From IMG/VR virus record IMGVR_UViG_3300044675_007236: 64,000 bases of DNA. The stretch is one strand, 5' to 3'. The translations under genes were made by a program, and so were the position numbers. The notes beneath the pieces are model-generated. The model was not told the origin of the DNA. It was given only the letters and a program-made list of their open reading frames with translations, and did not search any database. This DNA comes from a virus. Its lineage: Duplodnaviria; Caudoviricetes. Below, one piece after another: positions 48,080 through 57,889 of this stretch. Numbering within the stretch: position 1 is the stretch's first letter; each line of letters begins with the position of its first letter.

Positions 48080-48376
48080 TGTACACTTATTTCTATTTCA
48101 TAGTTACTACATAACTATATCAATAGGTGAACAGCCAAAATTTCGTGTATTATTATTAATGATACACCAACACCCACCATTAGCTTGGTCTATTTAAAGA
48201 CAGTTTTCTGATCTAAAAACAGGTTGTTTAGCGGCAGGTGCCTTTAGTGGTTTCGGTTTAGGCCTACCAAAGCTACCTATGCACCAAGTCTAATGCGACA
48301 GGGAGCCTGGTACGATCACGCGTGCGGAATATTTTGTTACTCTTGAAAAGAGTAATGAAATAGAAATAAGTGTACA
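48080..48376. repeat. 297-bp non-coding element with perfect 22-bp terminal inverted repeats
   Basis: TGTACACTTATTTCTATTTCAT (48080-48101) and ATGAAATAGAAATAAGTGTACA (48355-48376); internal hairpins. Confidence 0.9.
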
Positions 48377-48403
48377 TGTTTGTAGTGGACAGGCTAATGC
48401 TAA

Positions 48404-48703
48404 CTAGCTTTTGTACAGATTTTCTAATGTACTGGCAAAGACACAAACCTGAAGCCACTGTTCGTTGGTAACGTATGAGGCAAACGGATTTATCTCGTTT
48501 GCCATCAGCTGACCGGGTTTGACTAGGTTTGGGCTTTCAAGTGTTGGTGTAGCCTCGCCCAGCCTGTAACCTTGATCGTATAGCCACTGCTCGAATCTAG
48601 CCTCTATGTCGTTTATCCAGTAGCCGGGCTTAAACCGTGACGGTAAGTAACCCGGCTTGCGTGTTTTGACGACGTGCTGTGCTGTATCGGCGCTGACTCT
48701 CAT
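48404..48703 (-). CDS. hypothetical protein
   Basis: 99-aa ORF. Confidence 0.65.
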   Translation of the reverse strand: MRVSADTAQHVVKTRKPGYLPSRFKPGYWINDIEARFEQWLYDQGYRLGEATPTLESPNLVKPGQLMANEINPFASYVTNEQWLQVCVFASTLENLYKS

Positions 48704-48743
48704 AGCATCGCTTTCTAGGCCCCTGGGGCCTCGCTAGACGCAC

Positions 48744-49094
48744 TTAGCTTTTTTTTGGCTGTGACTGGGCGGTTTTTCGCTTCTGTGCGTCTAATCGCTT
48801 CCTAGCGGTCTGTACCTGGACCTCGTTACTTTCGTTTAGCTTGTGGCTTACGTTGAGCGAGTTCAAAAAGGCGCGAAGGGTCTGAATTGTGATTTGACCT
48901 AGGTTAGGGATAGCCAGTAGTTCTTCAACTGTTTTTGTTGTCAGATGCTTTACGGTGAGTATTCCGTGCAGCTCGAGAGTGTTTTGAGTTCGCAGAGCTA
49001 ACTGTGTTTCAGCTAGTGACACTTCTAGTACGTCTAGTTTGGGAATTCGATACGTTTGCTTTTTACGGGAAGCAGGCCCACCTACTATTTTCAT
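48744..49094 (-). CDS. stand-alone RNA polymerase alpha-CTD-like protein
   Basis: L..SLAE..L..RT.N.L...GI.TV..L.....EELLAIPNLG..TI..L...L. Confidence 0.85.
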   Translation of the reverse strand: MKIVGGPASRKKQTYRIPKLDVLEVSLAETQLALRTQNTLELHGILTVKHLTTKTVEELLAIPNLGQITIQTLRAFLNSLNVSHKLNESNEVQVQTARKRLDAQKRKTAQSQPKKS

Positions 49095-49095
49095 A

Positions 49096-49431
49096 TTAGC
49101 TCCTAAGTTTTGATTTAAATTGGTCGAAAGTGTCGTGAGCTCGCTCGAGAAGTTTATAAATATCCTCGACGTCTAAGTCCATTTCTGCGGCAACATCGGC
49201 AACGTCGGTAGATCCGAACAGCCCAACATCGTCGCACTCGGCTATGAATCTTGCAAATTGCACTAAGTCTACGCACCAGAGGGGTTGCCATACACTATCT
49301 GCCGGAATATGATCTGTTTCTTTTCTTTCTTTTTCTGTAAAGAAAGTCGCCTCATCGATTCCGGTCCAGCCGTGTTCGTTAGACCAAAATGTGTTTTCTT
49401 TCAGCTTATGCTGAATTACGTAGCTTGCCAT
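49096..49431 (-). CDS. hypothetical two-module protein
   Basis: FWSNEHGW....A.F.FT module followed by QFAR.I.E ... V...MDL module. Confidence 0.65.
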   Translation of the reverse strand: MASYVIQHKLKENTFWSNEHGWTGIDEATFFTEKERKETDHIPADSVWQPLWCVDLVQFARFIAECDDVGLFGSTDVADVAAEMDLDVEDIYKLLERAHDTFDQFKSKLRS

Positions 49432-49443
49432 GTTTAATCCTTG

Positions 49444-49992
49444 TTACCGTGATGAATTCCAGGTGACGATTGAGCCCGCTAATCCTGACGTTTTTAACCG
49501 ACGTGCATCCTCGTGACCGTATGCAACCAGACACGATGGCCCGCCGCTGTTTCCTTTAGCTCTGGACCCGTCCGGCTTGTGAAAGAACAATCGACCGTGA
49601 AGAAACATCACCGCCGTCGCACGCTTCCAGACCTGCTGTACAAAACCTTCGGTTTCTGTTCTTGCGAAAATCAACGCCGTTCCCCGGTCGTGATCTGCTA
49701 GACGTTCCATCCACTTCCACGCTTCGCTGTACGGCGGATTCAACCAGACGCGACCGTACCACGTGCGGCTGAGTCCGTCCTGATCAACCGTAAATGCGTT
49801 TTCTGCACACGCCCATGGTTGAGGGGTGCATTGGCATGGATCTAAATTGAATGGCCCTAACGCGTCGATGATGTTTTTCGGAGTGATCCACGAATCCGTT
49901 GCCCCGCGATTGGGAGAGGTGTGACCTCCAATTCCTCGCGAGGTGCCAGTGGGATGCAACGGAACAACCGGTTGGTCGTTTTCTATGTTCAT
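49444..49992 (-). CDS. phage DNA N6-adenine methyltransferase
   Basis: W.TP..I...LGPF.LDPC, DGL...W.GRVWLNPPYS, ALIFARTET. Confidence 0.9.
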   Translation of the reverse strand: MNIENDQPVVPLHPTGTSRGIGGHTSPNRGATDSWITPKNIIDALGPFNLDPCQCTPQPWACAENAFTVDQDGLSRTWYGRVWLNPPYSEAWKWMERLADHDRGTALIFARTETEGFVQQVWKRATAVMFLHGRLFFHKPDGSRAKGNSGGPSCLVAYGHEDARRLKTSGLAGSIVTWNSSR

Positions 49993-50011
49993 AATTTTTT
50001 CCGTTTGTCTG

Positions 50012-51268
50012 TTAATCGCGATCGTCCGAACTGTTGGCTGGTACTATTCGTGTAAAAAATTTGTCGTGGTTTAGGTTGATTGCCGCACCGGTTTCTGTCC
50101 TGTCTGCCTTTCGCTCTACCATCGGCCCCATTCGGCTTTCAATATTGCCGGTAGCTTTTTCCACTATTTCGACGTAAAACATGGGTATGTTCGCATCGTC
50201 CATGCTGTTTAAATCCATATCACCAAAACTACGTATTGCCATGTTATTAACCTCGATGGTTTGTTGAAAAAAACACTCAATCGGCGTTTAGTCGCTACGT
50301 TAAACGTTCGACGATAACGGTTTTAACGGTTTCTGACGTTGCCGGTATTAAGAGAAAACAGCTCGTAGTTTTGATTTTAATACCGCAGCGACTTGCAAAC
50401 GCTTGCGAAGTTGCACCTGCGTTTTTTGTAGTTTCCGGCTCTGCGAATACACAGCAATCACCTACAGCCATTATTTTAAGTTCTCTAGCTGAAACCTTTT
50501 TAATTTTTGTTGATTTAGCTATTTTTTGTCGCAGAACATTAGCTGCATTTGCCAACTCCCAATCGTCTTCTCGTGGTATTTCGTTGCGACTGTCGACAAT
50601 TTTAATCGCGTCTTCAATCGACATTTTCTTTTTTTGTTTCATTTTTTAGTTCTGACACCAGGCTTGAAAATACGAAACGTAAAGCTAACTTTAGCTTACT
50701 TCTGGTTTGATCTGAGCTAGTAATTCAAGCATCGCGGTTTCAACTTCTTCTTTGGTTGCTAACTGCAATTTTAGCTGAAGTGCGCGTTCGCGTTTTTGAT
50801 GCGTCGACAACCGACGTAGTTCGCGGCTAAAAAGGTCTACGGCAGTTTCCCATGTACGTTTGCCTTTTAAACATTTGTAAGTTTTAAAATCCCACCTTAT
50901 ATCTTGGCTATAAAGTTCAACAGATAGCTCTACTTCGATTTTGACTTTACTTCCGTCGTCGCGACGTATGATTTTTTCGTGTCTCATGTTATCTCCTAGT
51001 AACCACAGTCTTCTAGTTACATAAACAGGTTATTTACCGCCACAAAGCTATGTCGAAACTCCGGACCCATAACTTCTAATAGTTGTCGAAGCTTTTCTAA
51101 TGCCTTTTTAACCGTAACAGCGGTTTCTTTATCAATTTTGCCTTCAGTTTGTCGTATTTTTATGTATCGCTTAAGTGCTTGTCTTTCTAATTCCGCTATT
51201 TGGCTCATGTTTGCTCCTATTTTGCGTATTTTGAAGTAATGTTTAAGACCTTGGTTTTCGGTATACAT
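50012..51268 (-). CDS. four small hypothetical ORFs (50012..50242, 50295..50642, 50691..50987, 51017..51268)
   Basis: Minus-strand ORFs with RBS-like purine runs. Confidence 0.6.
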
Positions 51269-51321
51269 TTCATTTGTCGCTGCCCGTCGGTTTAAAACAG
51301 GCAGAATAAAAGCTTACGAAA

Positions 51322-51624
51322 CTAACGTCTTCCGTTTCCAGAGACAGTAGCGTAGCCGTCTCCCCAGCCGCTGCCATCGCCGTAACCGTTGCCGTCGCCA
51401 GAGCCGTAGCCGTAGCCGTAGCCGTCGCCGTAGCCGTAGCCGTAGCCGTAGCCGTAGCCGTTGCCGTAGCCGTAGCCGTTGCCGTCGCCAGAGCCGTAGC
51501 CGTAGCCGTTGCCGTCGCCAGAGCCGTTGCCGTGGCCGTAGCCGTAGCCATAGCCAGAGCCGTCGCCCCAGCCGTCGCCGTAGCCGTTGCCTACTGGTTT
51601 AAAATTTTGTTCAACGTTTGGCAT
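51322..51624 (-). CDS. Gly-Tyr/Asp repeat ORF, copy 2
   Basis: FKPVGN-(GYG/GDG)n-ATVSGNGRR; DNA is a GGY-NNN hexamer array. Confidence 0.6.
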   Translation of the reverse strand: MPNVEQNFKPVGNGYGDGWGDGSGYGYGYGHGNGSGDGNGYGYGSGDGNGYGYGNGYGYGYGYGYGDGYGYGYGSGDGNGYGDGSGWGDGYATVSGNGRR

Positions 51625-51627
51625 TAT

Positions 51628-51951
51628 CTAACTCCTTCTTCCACTGCCAGAAACAGTAGCAAAGCCGTAGCCGTAGCCATCACCGTAGCCGCAGCCGTAG
51701 CAATAAGCGGCACCGTTGCCGTAGCCAGAGCCGTAGCCGTCGTCAGAGCCATATCCTTTGCCGTAGCCAGCGCCGTAGCCAGTGCCGTAGCCGCTGCCGC
51801 AACCCCAGCCGCTACCCCATCCGTCGTTGTAGCCCCAGCCGCTGCCCCAGCCGTTACCGTCGCCGTAGCCATCGCCGTCGCCGTCGCCGTCGCGGTTGCC
51901 TACTGGTTTAAACGTATTTGGCAGTACTATCAGTTCTTTTATTTGACTCAT
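51628..51951 (-). CDS. Gly-Tyr/Asp repeat ORF, copy 1
   Basis: FKPVGN-(G-x)n-ATVSGSGRRS; RBS AGGA before ATG. Confidence 0.6.
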   Translation of the reverse strand: MSQIKELIVLPNTFKPVGNRDGDGDGDGYGDGNGWGSGWGYNDGWGSGWGCGSGYGTGYGAGYGKGYGSDDGYGSGYGNGAAYCYGCGYGDGYGYGFATVSGSGRRS

Positions 51952-51971
51952 GTTTAATCCTAAAAGCGTAA

Positions 51972-53835
51972 TTAGCTGTTTGCTTCAACTAGTTTTTCTA
52001 CAATTTCTGTGTATGTCTCTGAAGCGGTACCGGGGTTTTCTTCTTTTGTTTGAAGCGGATCGTCTACGACAATAAATTCCGTCCAGACGTCTGTAATTAA
52101 ACCTTCGCTGGTGAAATTAAAAACTAGAGCACCATTTTCGTTGTCTTCGCCAGGGCAACCGGAAAAAACAGGTAGAGGACTAACGAGGACTCTAATACCT
52201 TGCTTGGCTGTAGTCCAGGTTTTTCCGCCGTCAAGTGACATAGAAATTGACATGATTATTCCGGAATGAAGTGGTGTGTGTTAAGATGTGCAAGCACGTT
52301 GGCTGCGTGTTGTCTATTTTCGAAGTCGCTGATGTTTTCGCTTTCATAAATTAGCACGCAGCGTCCGGAATCATAAGTATCGCCTAAGACTACTGTTGCA
52401 CGTGAACGAAGAATATCCGATCCACCCTGGCCTTGTATAATTTCTAGCCGGTGTAAGTCGTCGCTCCAGTCTAAGATCTGATATTCAATTGCATCGACTT
52501 CAAACGAGTAAACAACTTTTTTAGTGTACATGCTTTCGCCTAAATAAAACTTGATCGAAACATTAGTTAAATCACGTGTTGTCTTCCCACGACCATTCGG
52601 GATACCCGTCGGCGTAAAAGTATTCCTGAACCGCCTTCATCTTTTCGTCTTCGGTCGCAGCGGCCCATGCCGCACGACTTTCAAAGCCAAGTTCTTCAGC
52701 AGATGTAATGACGTCATTTGAGCTTTTGCAATTTGCTCCGCTTTCTAACGACACTAAAATCTCGTCACCTTTTGGTTTTGGTTTGCCATCCCAACTCATA
52801 AGTATTTCCTTTTAGTTTAGTAGTTGTGTGCGACCCAGGACCCGTCGTAGTCGTCAATTGCTTCTTCAGGAGTCGATTTGCCCGTTACCACTCGCTTCGG
52901 TCGCTTCGCGCCGCGATTCAATGCGGCACATGACCTCGAGCAGGTTTTACCCCAGCCGCGATCGACGTCAGCCTTGCGGACTTCGATCTGCTTTCCACAT
53001 GTCCGACAAAATACTTTAACGAGTGTTGCCATGTTTACTTGTTTACTCCGGTTACTAAAGCGAACAACGCTGCTCCGAGTAGCATAAAAAGCAAACCGAC
53101 AACGCCCATCGCCACAAAAGATATTAGCGATTCAGCAAATCCCGTAGGCCTACTTTCAGCGTATTGTGCTTCTAGCATTTCGACGCGTTCTTCTAGCGAC
53201 GGCTTAGTCGGTTCTGTGGGTTGATATGGGTTCATCTGTTGTGCCTTTGCCGCTTCTAAAATGTCTTTGACAATGTTCATGGAGTGGCCTCTTTAGGTTG
53301 CTCGACGCACACGAAAGAGACTCGAAAGTAAAACTCCTGGCCGTCACGATCAAAAAAGCGATTTTCATCGCCACGTGCTTTTCGAAGATTTTTGAATTCA
53401 CCAAGCTTGGTTGTGACCGTGTATTCGGTGACTGTACTTTGTGAAGGTTTCGAAAAGAAAGAATTAGTTACTGCGGCTAATATGAACGCTATTGCCAGTA
53501 CGACAATAACAATCCATCCGCCTTTGTCTTCGTTGCTTTCCATTGTTTTATTCCTTAGATTACTCAAAAGTTGGAGGCCAGTGAAATCCGTTTTCTATTT
53601 CAGGGTCCTCAGGTTGTTGTTCGTTCGGCTTGTCAGGTTTTGAGGTTTTAGACTGTATTTTTTTCATGACGTCTGCAAACGACATTGACTTTCCTACCTT
53701 CCAAAAGATATCTCTTGGGCACTTCTTGCAGCGGTATCTGCCTTGCTGTCCGTTTAGATGCGTGTCGTATAGCTCGATGTCTCCGCCGCAATCGGGACAC
53801 CCCCTGTTTAACATTGTCTGTTCGTGATTTGTCAT
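51972..53835 (-). CDS. run of small hypothetical ORFs (51972..52253, 52256..52531, 52572..52799, 52817..53032 Zn-finger, 53035..53280 TM, 53277..53567 TM, 53560..53835 Zn-ribbon)
   Basis: CRTCGK..RGWGKTCSRSC; CPDCGG..RCKKC; hydrophobic segments in two ORFs. Confidence 0.65.
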
Positions 53836-54080
53836 TAGATTTGCTTCTCCCTGTGAGGAGGTTTGGGCACAAAAGCCGAGCGGATCGAGCGATCTTCGGG
53901 AGTTCGAACGGGGATATTTTGCAGGTTGGGTTCAACGCTGCTGAGTCGTCCGGTCGGCTCGCAGGACATCGGGGCCACCGCTGGCTGATCGTCGACCATC
54001 TCAGCCCATTGCTGCGGATACAATCGCTTATGCTCAGGTGGCAGCGAAATAAACAATCTCAACACCTCGAATTGGTTCAC
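53835..54080 (-). CDS. micro-ORF containing a cellular-type DNA Pol I motif-2 fragment
   Basis: TGRLSSVEPNLQNIPVRTPEDRSIRSAFVP versus canonical TGRLSS..PNLQNIP.R...GR.IR.AF. Confidence 0.75.
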   Translation of the reverse strand: MNQFEVLRLFISLPPEHKRLYPQQWAEMVDDQPAVAPMSCEPTGRLSSVEPNLQNIPVRTPEDRSIRSAFVPKPPHREKQI

Positions 54081-55293
54081 GATGCCGCCTCCAGTTCGCT
54101 AATCTTGTCGTTAATCACCATACGGATCGCCTTGACTTCGCTAATGGCTTCTTCGATGCGATCTTGGATTTCCTCGAATTCGACCACCGGGAGCTCCTGG
54201 AAGTCGCGGAACATGTTGAAATTATGCTCCAAGTTCTCGATCGCCCGAAACAGGCTCGCGTGTCGGTGTTTCAAAAACTTAGCTTTACCGTTCATATTTT
54301 AATCTCCCTGGTAAGGTAGGTCCGGATTTAATTTGCCATCGCTCTATTCTTCGGCTTGCTGGCCGAGGGCTACCTGATTTATAACCGCACATTCCTCGAT
54401 CCCTGCGGCTACACCTCGGTTGTAAGTCCTGTGCGATTCGTTCGTAGCCGTAGCTGTGAAGTTTAGGTAACGCTCGCGAATCTTTTCAAATTTTTCAATA
54501 GTTTCAGCAAAACGCTTGCGAGTCTTTTCAAGCTTTTCAAGAACTTCAGCAAGCCGCTTTACGGTCAACTCGTTGTCCGACTCTGTTTGCGACGATTTCA
54601 TTTGTAGTTTGATCCTAGCTTTATTCCAACTGGTTAATGCTACATTAGGGTCTAAAACATTAGAACCTATTTCAATTACGGTGAAACGGCTTTCTGCGTT
54701 AGAGTTGGCAATATGCACAAGCTTTCGCTTACACCACTTTTTACCGTCGTCGCTGACTTCTACTACTGACTCAATATCCTGGTCTGTCGGCTCTCTGTAC
54801 TGGTTGTTCATACTCACTCGCTTTCTTTTTAAACGTGCTCGACCGGCTCGGAAGGTTCTGCGGGTGCCCAAACCTCTAGACCGCCAACAAAATAAACTCC
54901 GTCCGAAGTTCTTTGAGTGCACGTGTACTCAAAACGCTCGATCAGTTCTTCGGTCAGTTGAATATCTTGATTTTCTTCGGCTATATGCCTCAATACTTGC
55001 TTAGATTCACTCATAGAGCTAGCCACCCAAGTTCTTCCAAGTAAACCATCTTCACCGATAAACCCAATTACATAACGCATCTGTTGTTTTTACTCCTCGT
55101 AAACATCTATACCAATTACAACACCACCTTCACCGTCAAGTACAATTGCTGCGTAGGCACTATCAGGATATTCGGTACGAATTATACGCTGGCAATAAGC
55201 CTCAAAAGAAAACCAGATTGCTTCAGCCTGTTGTTCTGTCGCTGAAAGCTGTTGTACAATCACCGACTTTAAAAATGCTTCCGGTGTACTCAC
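54077..55293 (-). CDS. small hypothetical ORFs (54077..54295, 54344..54811, 54829..55080, 55090..55293)
   Basis: 54344..54811 begins with the YREPT..D..EV..W..ARI module seen in 1752..3698. Confidence 0.65.
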
Positions 55294-56726
55294 TAAACAA
55301 GTGCTACCTTTCTAATTTGATCGGTGAAGCATTTGTTAAAACGCTTCCTGTTTTTCATAACCAATGCCATAAGATCTGTAAGGTCTCCTGCAAAATCTTC
55401 ATCATGATAGCTGCGGCCATATTGCCCGTGAACAAACTCATGGGCGGCGATGGCAATCAGCTTGTCTTTGTCTTTTGACGAAAACCGGCGTTTGAACCCT
55501 GGCAATGTTGGATTGATGTAGTAGATAGGTTCGCCGTTGTGTGACTCGTAGCCCGCGACGTACGAACCTTCTGGGTCTTCATCAAAAACAAAACCAACTG
55601 AGAAAGAAGCCGATTTTTTAGTTATGTTGTGCAACTCGACTAAAATACTTGCCCAGGTATGCACGAGTTTTCGGGCAAAGCTTCGCATGCTGGTTCCTGG
55701 CGTTAGCCATTTTGGAATCTTGCGGTCGGTCCTATTGTAAACGACGAAACGCATTTTATAGCTAACGGCTCGGGTTGTGCTGTAACTACTTGCAGCACTA
55801 GCCTCGTATTTTGTAGTTTCAAACAGCGAGGGAATTTCACTTGGTTTGTTTTCGACGTGTAACGGTTTTTCTGGTATCTCGTTGAAAGCACAAGACATTC
55901 TAACGTTTCCAAAAAACTCACGTTCTTGTCGTTTGCTTGACAAAGCACTTCGGCGGTCGACCGCGATCTCAGTAAGAAAATCGTCGAGCTCGTAGGAGTA
56001 CTTTGAAAGCAGTGAGTCGCGATTGCTAGTTAGCCTGTCAGCACTCGATCCGTTTAGCTCCAGTACAACACAGCGATTAAGCCGGATATGCTTGGTAAAC
56101 ATAGGAATGCCGCCGATGCGTACAACAAGCATGTTTTCTTCGGTCTTGTTGGTGTAGACTTTGCCGAAAGAAAAGTCGCGACGATGACTTCCTTTTCGCA
56201 AGTTAGCCCGGCCAGCAACGCCGTCGATATGAAAAGTACCGTGCCATTGTGCAAGGTTTACAAATCTAGAAGCCTTGCCGTTTAGCGATTCTGCGTAATT
56301 GCCTTCAATGCTAACAACAGAAATAGTGCCTTTGCGGTTATCCGCAGGGTAAACCGTATAATCACCGCCCTGCCCGTTAACAACTAGTTGCCCTGTATGA
56401 ATGCTGTAGTTTTGCTGTGCAAAGTACAGAAGCGTTTTAGCTTTACCAAAGCCGCCGACAGTGCCGTCAAAACCTTTTCCAGTACCACCGAGAGCGAAGA
56501 GTTTATTCTCGACGGTTTCTTGGTCCATCGGTTTGCCGTTGTTTGACCAAGTTACCACCGTTGTGTTACCAATGTCTTTTGCTTGGAAGTGTATTTCTTG
56601 AGAACCGGGTGCGTCGATGCAATTCTGCAAGGCTTCACGGACGAATGCCCACTGCCAGTTAGCATACTCGCGTAGCTCCTTTTGAAAGAACTCAGGCCCA
56701 ATCTTAACTGATTTCATTTCGCTCAT
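55293..56726 (-). CDS. GHKL (HSP90/MutL-type) ATPase fused to a C-terminal HExxH domain
   Basis: FVREALQNCIDA, NNGKPMD, LGGTGK, GGFGKAK, GT; C-terminal IAAHEFVH...HDEDF. Confidence 0.8.
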   Translation of the reverse strand: MSEMKSVKIGPEFFQKELREYANWQWAFVREALQNCIDAPGSQEIHFQAKDIGNTTVVTWSNNGKPMDQETVENKLFALGGTGKGFDGTVGGFGKAKTLLYFAQQNYSIHTGQLVVNGQGGDYTVYPADNRKGTISVVSIEGNYAESLNGKASRFVNLAQWHGTFHIDGVAGRANLRKGSHRRDFSFGKVYTNKTEENMLVVRIGGIPMFTKHIRLNRCVVLELNGSSADRLTSNRDSLLSKYSYELDDFLTEIAVDRRSALSSKRQEREFFGNVRMSCAFNEIPEKPLHVENKPSEIPSLFETTKYEASAASSYSTTRAVSYKMRFVVYNRTDRKIPKWLTPGTSMRSFARKLVHTWASILVELHNITKKSASFSVGFVFDEDPEGSYVAGYESHNGEPIYYINPTLPGFKRRFSSKDKDKLIAIAAHEFVHGQYGRSYHDEDFAGDLTDLMALVMKNRKRFNKCFTDQIRKVALV

Positions 56727-56745
56727 TATTTTTCCTTGTTAGCTG

Positions 56746-57889
56746 TTAGCTACCCCAGTCTTCTTGTGACTTTAGTTGTTCGTCGTAACAACGCTGGCAG
56801 GCACACCGACTGCACCAGCCTTCGTTGTCTTCTTCCTCCGAAGCCCCGATTAAACTTTTCATTTCATCGGCTGCTAATTGAGCTCCTTTAGCCATAGCCA
56901 AACGGTATTGGTCGGTCAGCCAGTCCGCAAAAGCTAGACTTGTGACATCGGTAGGTACGCGTTCCAGGTCACAATAATTGGTAATTGGTACAGTTTGGTT
57001 TATAGCTCTTTGTATCGCTTCGGGTTTGTACCACTGACAAGCAAACGCCCACGGGTTACTGACGATTGATAGGTTTTTGTTTTTTCCGGAATCACTCATG
57101 TTTTTCTTTCGGTAAAAACCATACAGGTACAACCCCTGTAACGATTCTATCATCAACTCGAGCAGCTACACGCAAACAAAAAAGACCGAGTTCGGTTGGA
57201 ATCGGGCTAAGCATTGCTCGAGCGTCGAAGCTGACACCTTGAGCCTTAGCCGTGTCATTTATTCCTTGTACAATATCGAATTCTCTTGGAAAATTGCCGG
57301 TTATTTTAGAATCGTCGTCTGCGTAGACTTCGAAGTTAATGCAGATACTTTTTAGCGATGTAAATTTTGCGTCTGCACTCGGCGGAAAATCTCTGTCAAA
57401 CTTTTCGAGCTTTGCTTTTAACGTCGCAAGTTCTTCTTCTAGATCAATCAGGTCGATAATTGCTGTTGTAAGCATTATCTCGGTGGATTGTTGTTCTTCA
57501 ACACCGATACTGTTAATTGCGTAGAAATCAAATTTAGTCTGTATTTTGTCTTTGATACGCACTGACTAGTCTCCGTATAGGTTTTCGGCTGATAACGCTT
57601 CTAACACGTCGTCGACCACTTTTTCGTTATCAACCATTTTTAGATGACACCTAAGCAGCACACGCTTGGCGTGTCTGTCTATAGTTTTTTCGCGTTCATT
57701 TCGTTCTAACCAATCGCAAAAGGACTCAGAAGAATACGCAGAATCGTGACACGGTATATCGAGAGCTTCCGTAACAGCCCGAATTATTTCACGTATCTGA
57801 CGATTCTCTGCGTCTGTTTTTTTGATGATATCGTCTTTGATATGAATGCGATATTTACGCAGCAATCTTCGCTGATTGTCAGTTAACAC
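56746..57889 (-). CDS. three hypothetical ORFs (56746..57156, 57092..57562, 57566..57889)
   Basis: ORF track; minus strand, tightly packed. Confidence 0.6.

Noticed and set aside
48273-48458. 61-aa ORF across the right inverted repeat
   Set aside because: No RBS or motif; it crosses the repeat arm and is probably spurious.
11650-51910. TTTAAACC at the phoH junction and at the Gly-repeat units as a common recombination site
   Set aside because: An 8-mer that also occurs in ordinary coding sequence (Phe-Lys-Pro); the count is not clearly above chance.
51270-51957. Ala/Thr-repeat and Ala/Val-repeat ORFs (51270..51551, 51624..51872, 51532..51957)
   Set aside because: Alternative-frame shadows of the hexamer arrays.
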